Assembly: GCF_009914755.1 (NCBI RefSeq)
Contig: NC_060929.1
DNA: 64,000 bases
Reading direction: 5' to 3' (one strand)
Source: the human T2T-CHM13v2.0 reference genome, Homo sapiens
Shown here piece by piece: positions 1 to 13,674 of the stretch (the stretch's first letter is position 1; each line of letters starts with the position of its first letter). The notes beneath the pieces are model-generated. The model was not told where the DNA came from, did no database searches, and was given only the letters and a program-made list of their open reading frames with translations. The translations under genes and the position numbers were made by a program.

Positions 1-2129
1 TTTTTCATCCCCCTAACACTTCAAAAAGAAAGGTTTATAGTTCTTTTTTCCCCCCATTTTTTTCCTCCATAAATACAGAGAACATAATCATCTTGTGAAC
101 AAATAATTATGTTTAATGTTTTAATGGTAATATATTTATATAATTGTAATATTAGACCTGAAAAAGTCACTTCAAAGCAAGGCATAAATTTCACAATTTC
201 ACAATTTCCATATAGTGTTTCTCCATCTTGTCAACGTTTTCTAATGTTTTTACTTATGTTTTATGTCTCCAGATTACCATAGCTAGAACTCCCATTTTTT
301 CCTACTTATAATGCTTGCTGAAGATGAATGCTGTGATCATTCTACTAGAGCTAGAATTTGACATTATACTGTCCTCTTTAAATGTATTTATTAAACAAAC
401 GATTCAGCCATTCTCTTTGTTTCTGTAGTATCTTATACTTCCACAAGATCTTCTGTCCAAATCTGTTAACATTTTACTAATTTAGGGCCCAATTATTCAC
501 TTCTTACTTGGGTTATTGTAGCATTGACTTCTTGTCTGTGAATTTCAGACAACCAAAAACAAAGCGCATGTAATCATGAGTGCTAACTAACGTAGTCTGA
601 GCTCAGCCGGATTACATACTGACACTTACAGCAGAGCTTTTCTTGTGAATGGCAGTGTTCTGTATTCTTCTTCCAGACTAGCAGCGGAGGGGAGCCCACA
701 GTGGCCCACCATCCCTGGAGTCTGACTGAGCTCACGTCGACCTCCTTCTACGATGGCTCAAAGACTCCTCTCCTTGTCTTCAGTTCTCTCACCACACGGA
801 TCACACAGGAGGTTCTCCTTTCTTGTCATTTTCATCCTCATTCCATTCTCCATCCCAAAGTGACCAACCTAAGTGCATTATTGCCCCTTTCTTCTCCAGA
901 ATCCCTCTGGCAATTTCTTCACTTGCCTCCCAGAATTATTTCTGAAAAATCCTTTCTGGGAAGTTTTAAGATACTTGACCCAAATAGCAACAACAATAAC
1001 ATTTCCAGCAGTAAAAAGAGGACATTTATACTCCCACAGCCTTAGGCAATCATACTAATTATCTTAGAAGAGTTCACAAAAAAACGTGGCAAGGATAGAG
1101 TGCTAATTGTAATGTTCACTCTTTGACACAATTAAGCTATAAATAGCATCTTCTGCATCAGAGTAAGCATGGTGCTTTTAAATATGTTATCAAAATAAGT
1201 TTGTCATTTTTTATATCCAGTATTCAATTTTTCTGTCATTCTTTTCCTATGGACTATACAATAATTCAGATGAATCAACTATTAGAAAGATTTGTGGGCA
1301 GTATTAATGCTGTAACTTTAATAGTCTGAGCAAGAAGCTTAATTGGCACTCACTTTTCTTTATTCCTGATGTAATAGTCTCTGTAGTTGGCTGTGATGAA
1401 TTATTCCACCGTCGTGGGTGCCAAGTGGAGCGATTCCTGATTCATTAGTCCATTGCTCCTGAAATGGAGAGTTCACTACTTGTATGGATGGATCTTGTGA
1501 GATCCCACAGAGCCCATCTGTGTGCTACTCACAGAAATGCGGACCTGAAGGCAGTATCAGCAAGCGAAGGTCAGATGATAAATTGTGGCTCTCCAAGCCA
1601 AGCTTATGCAGCAGTGTAGTAAGAGACTTGACAAATTCTCCTGAAGTGAAAAATTGCCTTTCAGCTCTAGCTTTGTCTTTTTTTTTTTGAGTAAATAAGT
1701 TATTGCAATAGAAAGAGAACTTTTGATTAAGTGTTTAATTATTGCCACTTGTGTAGAAAATGTGGCATCATTTCAAGGGGACCTGGGCTTCTTTTGGGGG
1801 AGAGAGTTGAGACTGGAATGCAGAGCATCCTAATTCTTGCAGTGTATCCTTTCAGTACCTACCAATCTCTTGTCACCCAGGTGAAGTTGGATGGGAGCAT
1901 GCCATGGAGAACACAGAGACTCACTACAGTGGTGTGAGGAGGAGCAATTAGATACCTGTATTTGGACCAGCAGGGTCTGGGAGCCCTACGGGTGGTGCTG
2001 GAGCACAAGGAATTGGTGGGAGTGGGAAAGTGATGGTCTTAAATTGACACAAGGATGCAGAGGAGCCCAGAAGATGTGTTGGATGTTACTAATCTCTACA
2101 CTAAGGAACCATGGGATCATGGAACACTG

Positions 2130-2285
2130 TTGATAGAAGAAATGTTGGAACTAGAGATTCCAGACCATTTAGTTTATAGCCAGTGAAAATGAAGCCCAAA
2201 GAAGTTCCATTTGAGATCTCATGGTCAGGTTGTGGCAGAGCTGAAAATAAAAACCAGTCTTCTGATTCCCAGTCAATGGCTTTCT
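2130..2285 (-). mobile_element. MIR SINE fragment
   Basis: gaaaatgaagcccaaagaag...gtggcagagctgaaaataaaaaccagtcttctgattcccagtc resembles the antisense MIR core. Confidence 0.6.
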
Positions 2286-2654
2286 CTCTGAGCTCTTTGC
2301 AGCTTCATTAGAGACATTCTGTCAATAGTTACACCATGTCTACTTTCTGGGTAGCTGTTTTTGTTTCCCTGGTTTTTTTGTTCATAAACAAGCTTAGAGC
2401 ATAATAAACAAATTTTTTTTATTTTTCCTTCATATTTTCAGTGTGACTACAAAAGTTTGTAAAGATGTTAATTTTTCTAAAATTTCTAAATTTTCTAAAA
2501 TTTCACCACCAAAAGTTTCTTCAAAACTACAGATGTCCAGCTACTTATCTGGTATCAAACACATCATAAATCTGTTAAATATTGATGCTTCCAGATCATT
2601 TTTCTTGATGCTCAGAATAACACTGCTGCATTTCCATTAAATTCTCAGCATTAA

Positions 2655-3067
2655 TGTTTTGCTTTGGATGTTTGTCTCCTCCATATCTCATGTTGAAATG
2701 TGATTCTCAATGTTGGAGGTAGGGCCTGGTGGGAGGGGATTGGACCATGGAGGCAGATTCCGTGAATGGCTTAGCACCATCCCTTCGGTTAGTGAGTTAG
2801 CACTCTGAGTTCCTGTGAGATCTGGTTGTTTAAAAGAACATGCCACTCCCCCTGCCCCTCTTGCTCCCTGTTTTTCAGGTGACATGCCTGCTCCCTCTTC
2901 ACTTTCCGCAAGCACTGGTAAGCTTCCTGAGACTCTCACTAGGAGCAGCTGCCAGCACCACACATCTTGTACAGCATGTAGAACTCTGAGCCAATTAAAC
3001 AGTTTTTCCTTATAAATTACCCAGCCTCATGTATTTCATTTCAGGGAGGTAAGAATGGACTAAGAGA
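2655..3067 (+). mobile_element. MaLR solo LTR, MSTB-like
   Basis: Starts tgttttgctttggatgtttgtctcctccatatctcatgttgaaatgtgattctcaatgttggaggtagggcctggtgggagg; ends ataaattacccagcctc...ggactaagaga; near-TSD attaa/attag. Confidence 0.85.
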
Positions 3068-3235
3068 ATTAGTAACTAATATTTTAGCTTTGTTTTCAAT
3101 ATTTATAAGTCAGGGCATTTATAATGTTTTAAATGCAGATAAACTTAACAAAACAATCAGAATTTACCCAGTTGTTTTTATCAGTGAAGCAGGTTATTCT
3201 AAGTAAGCAACTGATTGCACATCTACAATTACTAC

Positions 3236-3365
3236 ATCTCTCTATCTGTCTATATATACACACACACACACATATACACATACATATATATAATGTATAT
3301 ATGTGTGTGTGTGTATATATATATATATACAGACACATATGTGTGTGTATGTGTATGTATTATAT
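3236..3365. repeat. compound (TA)n/(CA)n/(TG)n microsatellite
   Basis: Visible dinucleotide runs. Confidence 0.9.
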
Positions 3366-3782
3366 AGTGGTGATTCTCATTAACCTTAGGCTATTTTTCT
3401 GTATATGCAGAGGATAAACTGGAACATCTGCTGTCAAGTATGATACTTTTCAGTAGTATTTTTGCAAACTATCATCGATTTCCTTTTTCCACATGTAACC
3501 TTAAAATGAAGAATTTTGTCTTTTCTTTTAATGGAGGTGAAATTTTCTTCCTTAGATTACCCTCTGTAAAGCACTTTATTAAAGTGCTTTACCTAAGTGT
3601 CCATGAAATAGGAATGCTGGGTGCTTTTGTATCCCAGGTGTGTCATTAAGCGAGGCTACAGTAATGATAATTCTGCCAAATTTTCCTCTTTCTTTCACAT
3701 ACTGATAGGAGGAAGGAACATGATGACTAAAAGCTCAATGCTGGCTTTACACACATCAAATCATTTAATATCCTTATGATGA

Positions 3783-3908
3783 GGAGGGAGCATATAATTT
3801 TTTCAAATTGGGACCATTTTAGAATGAAAGGGAACACTGTTAATGACTTAGAGGCAAAGGATATAAACAAACACTATCCTAGGAAGTTGAGGAAATGTGG
3901 TCATTCTA
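3783..3908 (+). mobile_element. MER94-like hAT-Blackjack DNA transposon, inserted in a MIR
   Basis: catataatttttcaaattgggaccattttagaatgaaagggaacactgttaat...gtggtcattcta follows the remembered MER94 consensus; MIR-like sequence on both sides. Confidence 0.6.
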
Positions 3909-3934
3909 CCTTAACCCCTAGATGAGGGTATCAA

Positions 3935-4060
3935 ACCCTCTCATTGTACAGGTAGGGGAACTGAGGTGCAGAGAGGATATATAGTAGGCCCGAGGTTGCA
4001 TTTAGAAAGTAGATATCCAGAACTCCAACTCAGGACTGACTGACTTCAAAGCAGATGCTC
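3935..4060 (-). mobile_element. MIR SINE fragment
   Basis: cattgtacaggtaggggaactgaggtgcagagagg...ctgactgacttcaaagc. Confidence 0.7.
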
Positions 4061-4137
4061 CTTCCTCTAGACTGCCTTTCTATGCAGTTCAGCATTTCCT
4101 TCCTCTAGACTACCTTTCTGTGCAGTTCAGCATTTCC
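4059..4137. repeat. 38-bp tandem duplication
   Basis: tccttcctctagactgcctttctatgcagttcagcatt / tccttcctctagactacctttctgtgcagttcagcatt, 2 mismatches. Confidence 0.95.
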
Positions 4138-5404
4138 CAGCCTGTTTCTACAAACATGAAATTTTGTAGCCATGATTGCAGGAATAAGAAGGGTGCCTGC
4201 TTGAGGAAGATAGAGATGTGCTAAACATCCTAACTGTTTCTTTGTATGCTTGATTCATTACGCGTGTATTTAGTGTGCTAAACAGCTTTGAGGGGCCTCA
4301 GGTCGCAGGGAGGAGCTCCCCATGGCCACTTTTTCCCTCTCCCACTGGCAGCAGCACCTGGTCTGTATTCCAGGCTTCTCCTTGACATATTCAACCTGAG
4401 ACTCTCAACTGAAGGGTTTATCTTCCCTTCATAGAGGTTCATTGCTTATATTCTTGACTCAGCATTCATGTCATTTCCCAAATTCGAAAACTCCAGGATC
4501 AATAATTAATTATTGAGTAATGATTACAAAACTAAAGGAAAGACAGGCTTTTCCCCTAACTTGATAGAATATTTTATTCCTTTTGTTTTCTTTTCTACTT
4601 ACTATCACTCCTCTTAATATCATTAGACTCAAAGGGAAATTTTAGTCTACGCAAAAAGGCAAATTAAAATAGAAAGCATGTTTTTATACCCATGAAAAAA
4701 TAAATAAAAGGTAGCCTATCTATTTAAAATTTATTTCATTCGCTAAAAATGTTAAAGGAGTAACATGACATTGTGTCTGCTTCTTTTTCCTTTTGTTCTT
4801 TTTAATTCCACATTCACTTGCTATCCTCAGATTACTATACACATTTAAACATTAAATTTAAAAAGCATAAATTAAACTATCAAACCCATCCATATAACCT
4901 TAAAGAACACAAATATAAAATTTTAAAAATCTACTAAAAAAGAAAATATAAACTTTCACTTCTCCTCTTCTCACCCACCTGCCCATTTATAGGGAGAGTC
5001 TTCCAGCCTTGCTGCTTGGGGTCCCCCACCTCCTCCAGTGCCTCATTATCTCTTGCCTACATAGTTTTAGGGACTTCCTTCAAACATTCCTGCCATTTTT
5101 TTTCTTTTATTGCTACCAGGGTCATATTCCTGAAAATTAAACCAGATAATAGCACGACTTGGACAGTTCCTGTAGTGTTCTCTGTAGCCTGTAAGATAAC
5201 ACTCAGGCTTCCCAGAATAATATACGATCAGCTCCTTAGGGAAAACAATCAATCTCTCAAACAGACAGAATGAAAGGTGGCATGCCAATTTCTGAAAGAA
5301 AAAAAAAAAAAAAAAAAAGACAAAATTATAAGGTCTGTCTTCATTAACACTAGTTGTGAACAGAGCTGACCCTGACCCAAACTACCTGTGACTGCATCCC
5401 CCAA

Positions 5405-5562
5405 CTACCACTTACTGGTTGTATGTGTGACCTATGGCAAGTTATTTTACTAACTTCTATTCCTCAATTTCATGAGTGTGAAAAGTGTGTAATAATAATG
5501 CCTACCTCATAGATTTGTTGTCAGGATTAACTGAGTTAAGATTAATAAAAGAGCTTGGAACA
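5405..5562 (+). mobile_element. MIR SINE
   Basis: ccacttactggttgtatgtgtgacctatggcaagtta...cctcaatttc...aataatgcctacctcatagatttgttgtcaggattaactgag. Confidence 0.8.
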
Positions 5563-5922
5563 ATGAAAAACAAAAAAGAGAGAGAGAGAAGGAGTGAGGG
5601 AGGGAGAAAACATTACTATTTCAGGGACACACCGTAAAAGCTGGTGGTTGCACAGAGCAACCAAATGTTAGAATGTGGCCTGCACACCGCTTTCCATATC
5701 CCTGAGTCTAGGTATGTGGGATGGACCACCTTGAAGAAGAGACTCCTTTTTCTAATTTGTACAAAAACTCCTCCACTTGCCAGTGCATGTGCCCACAGGG
5801 CTTCCTCCATCTGGGGATCGGCATCTTTTCAATGTGTGCCCTACTGTTCCGTTTGGGCTGGCTGTGGCCCTGACTCTTTCCTGTGATAGACTGTAAATCT
5901 CAAGGGTAGGGCTGTGTCTTTA

Positions 5923-6035
5923 TAGTGGTTCCCCAACTTTAATGTGCATATGAGTCAGCTGGGGGAGTCTTGTTAAAATGTAGGTTCTGATTCTATGATT
6001 CTGGGTACCGATGCTGCTGATCCATACTTTGAATA
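5923..6035. mobile_element. MER5A-like hAT-Charlie fragment within an L2 3' end
   Basis: agtggttccccaactttaatgtgcatatgagtcagctgggggagtcttgttaaaatgtaggttctgattc; flanks resemble L2 3' end (tagactgtaaatctcaagggtagggctgtgtc). Confidence 0.7.
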
Positions 6036-8121
6036 TCCAGGTTCTAAAATCTAATCGTGTTCTTAGCATATAATAGGGGCTGCATGAATAAATGCTGACT
6101 GGATGGGTAAATGGAAGCATGAGAAAGAAGGATAAAGCTGTATTTCATACACACTAGAGACCTAGAAATCCATTTTTCTAATGTATTTAGAGAAATGATG
6201 CCAAGTAAAGGTAAAATGTTGAAGAGTTGTGAATTGTATTTTTCCATAGGTAAACATTTTTAAAATTCAGGGCCAGAGTATAAATCTATTAAAGGAGCTT
6301 CCTGCACTTCTCCTGGAGCTTCCTTGTAGCTCAAATAATAAAGCATTACCTCCACAGTAGCACAGAAACATAGATACTTGGGGCACATCACATATTAAAT
6401 AACTACTCTATAATATTTGTGTACTCTGAGATTTATGTAATTTGGGGGGTAATTTAGGGCAGCAATATTGTTTAGTATACTTGAAACCATTCATTTCAAT
6501 GTTTTCCCTTAAAAAACAAAAACAAAAAGTGTATCCTTCATCATTGGTGATAGAAAAACAATGAGGGCAAGCACATTATTGCTTTATTGAGCCAGGTATG
6601 TCTCCAAATTGCTTATCTTTTTTTCAGAAATAGGAAAGTGAGGCTGCTAAGGAGGATGAGGCTGGGCATAATAGAACATGTAATGGGCTGACCACCAGAG
6701 ACTGGCCCTCCTGATTCATGGCTGAGTGATCCTGGACATGTCCGTCTGGGCTCAGCACCCTCAGCTGCACAGTTCACCAATCCAGCATCTATTTATTGAG
6801 TGCTTACTTTGTGTAAAGGCCCTACCCGAGGCAATATGAGTGAGTACACTGAATTAGGTGACCCCATGCTCCATTTGTTAGTCTATAAGTCAGTAATATC
6901 TGTGACTTGCCAGAATATACATGAATACATGAATTAATAAGTAAACAATTGATATAATAGCTCAACAAATATATACATATATACATACATACATGCATAC
7001 ATGTGGAAAATCAGCCTGTGATAACAGCAGATTTAGACATCCTTCAATTTGTTCCTATATTTGTTGTTTTCCTGTCTTTATATAATTATTAGAGTAAATT
7101 TCTTCTTAGTTGAATTAGACATTTTTTCAGACTTTAAGATAATATTTGGGCAAAATAAGAGATTAATCTAATCTAAGCCAAACTGTTGATTTGTGTGGCT
7201 CTTTACTTCTTAATGATGAGTATTATTTCACACTTAGGCTTTCTTTTGATGCCTTTCTGGAAAGGAAAATAAAAGAAAAATAAGTATGCATTTTTGTCCT
7301 CTAACAGCCTGTGGCAAGTAGCACAAAGGCGGCACTCAGCTTTCTAACAACACCGTCTTGAAGAAAGTGTTTGTATCACTTTGGAAGGGAGGTGCTCAGA
7401 CAGTCCCATAGTCAGGGATGCGCAACAGCCAGTGGTTTTGTGCTGTTAGGATAAGGGTAGTGTTGCTTATGGCATTTCCAAAATGAAAGCGGTTTTTGTT
7501 TTTTCCAGGTAAACGTAAATATTTTGGTTTGCCTAAATATTTAACAATTAAAAAAGAAAATCTTATCGTCAGCCAGGAATAAGCTTGTTAAAGCCTAAGT
7601 GTGTTTTTCTTCGTGTCATTTATAAATGTTCTTTCATAAAACACATATTAGAAGCTATGTATAACATGAGAAAATGACTAAAATAGGGAGTCCATTTCTG
7701 GGGTCTGTTTGCTCTCACTTCAGTTGTCCAGAGAGATGATGTTAATTGACCATATGGCAAAGTTTTAGTGATACTAGGTATTTCTCATCTTTACATTTTA
7801 TATTCTTGAAACAAATATTTTAGAATTCATCCTATTGGCCATTTCTTGAATTAGGAGGTATGACCCCTGCCTCCATAAGGTGCAAGAAAAAAAAAACGCA
7901 AGTTAAATAGAGCCATTAGTTAAAAACATTTCCATCGGATATTTATAAAATAAGAGATTAATTTTATATAGTTGCCACTATGTAAAAAATAAAACTATAG
8001 TAATTTGGAAACATTTCTATTGAGCCCCAAATAGGGAGACTGTTTCAGAAAGAGAGTATGTTTTAAATTCACCATTTTCAATCTAATGAATATGCTGATT
8101 TTTCAAATAAGCCTGTTAGAA

Positions 8122-8436
8122 TGGCAGTCACCAACCTTTTTGGCACCAGGGCCCAGTTTTATAGAAGATAGTCTTTCCATGGACCAGTAGGGGAGATGGT
8201 TTCAGGATGAAACTATTCCACCTCAAGCATTAGATCCTCATAAGGAGCACACAACCTAGATCCCTTGCATGCACAGTTCACAGTAGCGTTCCTTCTCCTA
8301 TGATAATTTGATGTCACTGCTGATCTGACAGGAGGCAGAGCTCAGGCTGTAATGCTCACCTGCTGCTCAACTCCTGCTGTGCGGCCAGGTTCCTAACACA
8401 CCTTCCAGTCTGTGGCCTGGGGTTTGAGGACTCCTG
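8122..8436 (-). mobile_element. MER1B hAT-Charlie DNA transposon
   Basis: ccaacctttttggcaccaggg...tgatctgacaggaggcagagctcagg...ggtttgaggactcctg; 8-bp TSD tgttagaa (8114-8121) / tgttagac (8437-8444). Confidence 0.9.
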
Positions 8437-8584
8437 TGTTAGACCACATCAGCTTCTGCTCTTACTCTGTTTCTTTTGTGCATTTGTGCATGCACACACA
8501 CAGAGACACAATCAGTGCCCTAAAATAAAAAAGAAAAAAGAGACAGAGACAGTGATGACAAAATATAAAGAAGTAAACAGTTCT

Positions 8585-8884
<300 letters not shown>

Positions 8885-8980
8885 CTAAGAGCAATGGAGG
8901 AAAAAGCATAAAATTGACTATATAATATAGGATTAAGAAAAGTTAAATGATAAAATAGAAAACAGAATTTTTTGGATAGC

Positions 8981-9118
8981 TCTTAAGTGATAACAACAGG
9001 ATGTGAGCCGTGGTTGCAGGACAGTATCTTAAGGGCCAAAATAGCTCCACATTCTCTAAGCCCACCTTGTCCTGTGAGCTTCAACTTGCATTGTCTGTCT
9101 TCCCTCTGTAATCTCTGC
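8981..9118 (+). repeat. 138-bp unique segment with an inverted copy at 9896-10033
   Basis: Manual alignment to the reverse complement of 9896-10033: 132/138 identical, no gaps. Confidence 0.95.
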
Positions 9119-9188
9119 CCCTGAATCTTCTTCAGCTATTCTTCTGAGAATGAATCAACAGTAGTTATTTTCATAATGTTGTCTGTAA

Positions 9189-9563
<375 letters not shown>

Positions 9564-9586
9564 ACATAGTGAACTTTTATTCCTTA

Positions 9587-9665
9587 ACCATGGCACATGT
9601 ATTCCTATGTAAAATTGCATGTTTTGCACATGTACCCCAGAACTGAAAGTATAATAATAAAAAAA
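9587..9665 (+). mobile_element. extreme 3' fragment of an L1PA
   Basis: accatggcacatgtattcctatgtaaaa...tgcacatgtaccccagaactgaaagtataataataaaaaaa. Confidence 0.8.
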
Positions 9666-9805
9666 GAGTTAAAAAAATGCAGCTCTTCAAATTTGGCTCC
9701 AAGTGTGATTTCTCTCTCCTTATTCTTAAGGCACCTCTCATATTTTGCTCTCAATGCCAGTAAAAATTCTAGCAGAGAAAATGCTTGTTAAAAACTAGAT
9801 GTATT

Positions 9806-10325
<520 letters not shown>

Positions 10326-11335
10326 TCATCACTGGAGAACAAGAGTAAGGGTTGGAAATGAAATGCTGAGCTATACATGATAAAATTTCAGCATAGAGAT
10401 AATGATGAACTCCAAGTTAATACCTAATTAACATAAGAATAACGGAGTCAAAATTTAGTCTCTTGATCCCTATTCTGAACCCAAATCTATACATGACTGT
10501 GATGATCACTTGGAAACAGGTTTGTTTGCCTGTACATCTGTTGACTTGATGGTGGCAAAACCGAAAGCAAAAGAGGTAAGTGATCCCAGAAAGCTGCTCT
10601 CATAAGAATGGCTACTAAGATTTCCTTGGATAACAAGCCTGAATTTTGTATTTTATGACTCCATCTCTTATGATTGTGCAAACTGGTCTCAGGAGTGCCA
10701 TCCTTTCCACTCCATAATAAAATGGTCACAGTTCATTAGACCTTTTAAATGAAATGTTGCTTCCCAGCTCTCAATTGAGTGTTTCCTTTACATACTTGCT
10801 TGACATACCTGGTATTGGTCATTATAATAATACCTAGGATATGGTTTTTGCAATGCCTTTTTATATACTTTTTTATTGCTCCTTGATGAATGCTATTCTA
10901 ATTAATAATCACATTTTGAGGTTGCATGAGTACCTATTTCATGTCTGCCCCGGGAGAGTTTTCTTATCAATATGGAGTCCCTAACACATGGTCGGTACTT
11001 GATAAGTATGTGTGTATTGATTTCCTGCCGAATGGCCTCTGATGGGCTTATTAACCTTACCTAAGGAAAAAAGACCAATGATTATTGGTTACATAGGCTG
11101 AGTTAAAAAAAAAAAGGTAGGTCTTAGGCTGTAACATTAGATAATCTTACTATTCTGCCTCCAAATCTTTGTGCAATATGATGGGCTTGTGTTTACAGTC
11201 ATTCAGTTAACCAACTCTGAATAAATAAAGACATAATTATACTCATGGTATTAGGTGGAACTTCTTGGTAAGAATAGTGTCCATTTGTCTTTTTTTCTCT
11301 GCATTGATAAGATTGGCTTGTAATTTTGTTATGGT

Positions 11336-11418
11336 AGAGAGAGCAAGAATGAGAAGAAGCAACAGAGAGAGAAAGAGAGAGAGAGAAAGAAAAAAGAGAG
11401 AGACAGAAACAGAGAGAC
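11336..11418. repeat. GA-rich low-complexity/(AG)n tract
   Basis: Directly visible. Confidence 0.8.
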
Positions 11419-12089
11419 CTTGCTCAGTCTATAAACTGAAAAATGCATGTTGATCTTATAATTTTATGTTTTTCTCTAGTAGACTAAATCTTGAATGGTC
11501 GAATCATTCTCATTTCATTTTTGGAGCTTTTCTGTCACATAATTTAGTGGTAGCATGACTATATAATATCATATAAACCAAGACACTTTAAGAATAAAAG
11601 AGGCGCCTCTATAATTATCCAAGAATGAAAAGCATAAACCCAGACTTTATGGTCACATTGTCATTGTTTTTCTTTCCTTTGGTTCATACCCCATTAGTGA
11701 GCCACCTCTGTCTGACTCTGAACAGATGCAGGCAAGGGCCTTGCTGAGTTTCTGGTGCTCATGGCCTGTGTGGCTATGCTAATCCTTTTTGGCTTTGCAC
11801 CAAGTGAAACATCTTTCAGAGACATGAAAGATATTGGCATCTCCTGGGAAAGGCTGTATCTATTTTCCTCTGATACATATGTGGACACCATTGGGAATCT
11901 AATCTGAATCAAACAGCAGCTTTGTTTTCCAAGTGTATATTATCAATATACTGTAATGGACAAAAATGCCGTAACATGACTTAGTGTAGATCATGCCACA
12001 TTTTTCTCTTGAGCCAATCATCATAGACTTAGCCTTTCTTTCTCAATCTCAATCTGTGAGTAATTATACCAATAATATTTCCAAATTAA

Positions 12090-12290
12090 GCCCCTATTTC
12101 ATGCCATGCTCTGTGCCAGACACTTCCCCACATTATTTCTAAGCATTAAAACAACCTGCAAGTGAAGAAGCATATCCTCCTGTAAAATCTGAAGAAAAAG
12201 GAAAGGAGAGAGGCTAAGACACTGGCCTAGTTAGTAAATGTAGATCCTGGGTTGCATCCTGGGTCTGTCTGACTCTAAGCCATGTTGTTT
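12090..12290 (-). mobile_element. MIR fragment
   Basis: tgtgccagacacttcccc...aacaacctgcaagtg...agagaggctaag...gggtctgtctgactctaagcc. Confidence 0.6.
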
Positions 12291-13009
12291 CTGCTAAACC
12301 CTAATTTCTCTTTAATAATACCATAAACGTTCTAGAACATATCTTGCTCTCAGTTATGATCTGATAGCAGTCATTTGCTGTAAATACATGGATAAAGGCA
12401 CTTTGTTTTATTTTATTTTCATGTCACTTAGACCATTGTTAAGTCATAAATTAGGAAAACTAAACAGTCACAAAGGTAATAAGAACTCAAACTTAGGTCA
12501 ATCAGAAATTCCTGATGTTGAAACTGCTATCATACCATCAGCTTCTTAAGGATTAAAACCTGTTTCTGGTGCTTTTTCTCCATGAAGATGAATTAACAAG
12601 GTTTTGTTCTATTCTAAAGAATATTATTTTAGAGTGTGGGATGCTTTATTATGATTATGCACTATTAGAGTTCTCAATTCTATAAATATATGCTTTAAAA
12701 TATAGCAGCAAGGTACAGTTTCAGCACCTTATCAACCAAGTAAGGAAGTATGTACCTAAATTATTACTGCTTCACTGACAATTTGCAACTTTAATTTATT
12801 CACAAAGTTTGAAGGAATTATATCCCAACTTTATATTTATGGATATTTTAATACAAAAAGTAATGTTTTGTGCTTGTTCCAAGAAAATCTTTTCATTTCT
12901 AACAATGAACACATACTGAGTAATGAAAATAGCAAAATCTCATAGAGAAAAACAAATATATCTCCTTCAAAAATTCTCTCAAGAGATGAACAAGATTAAA
13001 AAATATTTT

Positions 13010-13040
13010 TAGTAGCCAAGATGTGGAAGAAGAAAATGTG

Positions 13041-13072
<32 letters not shown>

Positions 13073-13674
13073 TCACATGCTCAGGCATGCACATCTACGC
13101 ATATATACATGTTATGATGTATGTGTGTATGTGTAAATAATGAATAGTATACAGCCTTAAAAAATAAGGAAGTCCTGCCATTTGTGCTAACATGGATGGA
13201 CTTGGAGGACATTATGCTAAGTGAAATAAGCCAGACACAAAAAATAAACACCTAGTGATCCCACTTATATGTAGAATCTAAGTTAAATAATATAGGAGCA
13301 AGTAGAATGGTAATTACCAGAGGCTGAGGGGAGAGGGAAATGGGGAGATGCTGGTCAAACAACATAAACTTTATTATGCAAGATAAGTGGAGATCCTTTA
13401 TGCAGCTTAGTGCCTATAGCTAATAATACTATGTTGCATACCTGAAATTGCTAAGAGTACATCTTATAGTAAGTGTTCTTAACACAAAAAATGATAATAA
13501 AAGGAATGGTAGGAAATTTGGGGAGGTCATACATATGTCTGTGGCCTTGTATAAGTCTGTGATGGTGGGGATGGTTTAACAGGTGTAGACTTATTCCCAA
13601 ACTCATGGAATTGTATACATTAAATATGGACAGCTATTTGCATGTCAATAATACCTTTATAAAGTGGGTTAAAA
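13010..13674 (+). mobile_element. old L1M 3' end (late L1MA/L1MB type) containing a (TG)n tract at ~13040-13070
   Basis: gccttaaaaaataaggaagtcctgccatttgtgctaacatggatggacttggaggacattatgctaagtgaaataagccagacaca...gtcaataatacctttataaagtgggttaaaa. Confidence 0.85.

Noticed and set aside
1393-1440. C/D-box-like GTGATGA...CTGA
   Set aside because: Too short, no terminal stem and no recognisable rRNA guide
10459-10581. Possible 117-nt plus-strand exon ending at GAG|GTAAGT
   Set aside because: The acceptor lacks a pyrimidine tract, the peptide is unrecognised, and about one such donor per strand is expected by chance (another is near 51291)
11694-11912. 72-aa minus ORF and a hydrophobic plus-strand frame
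   Set aside because: No recognisable homology or coherent splice-site pair
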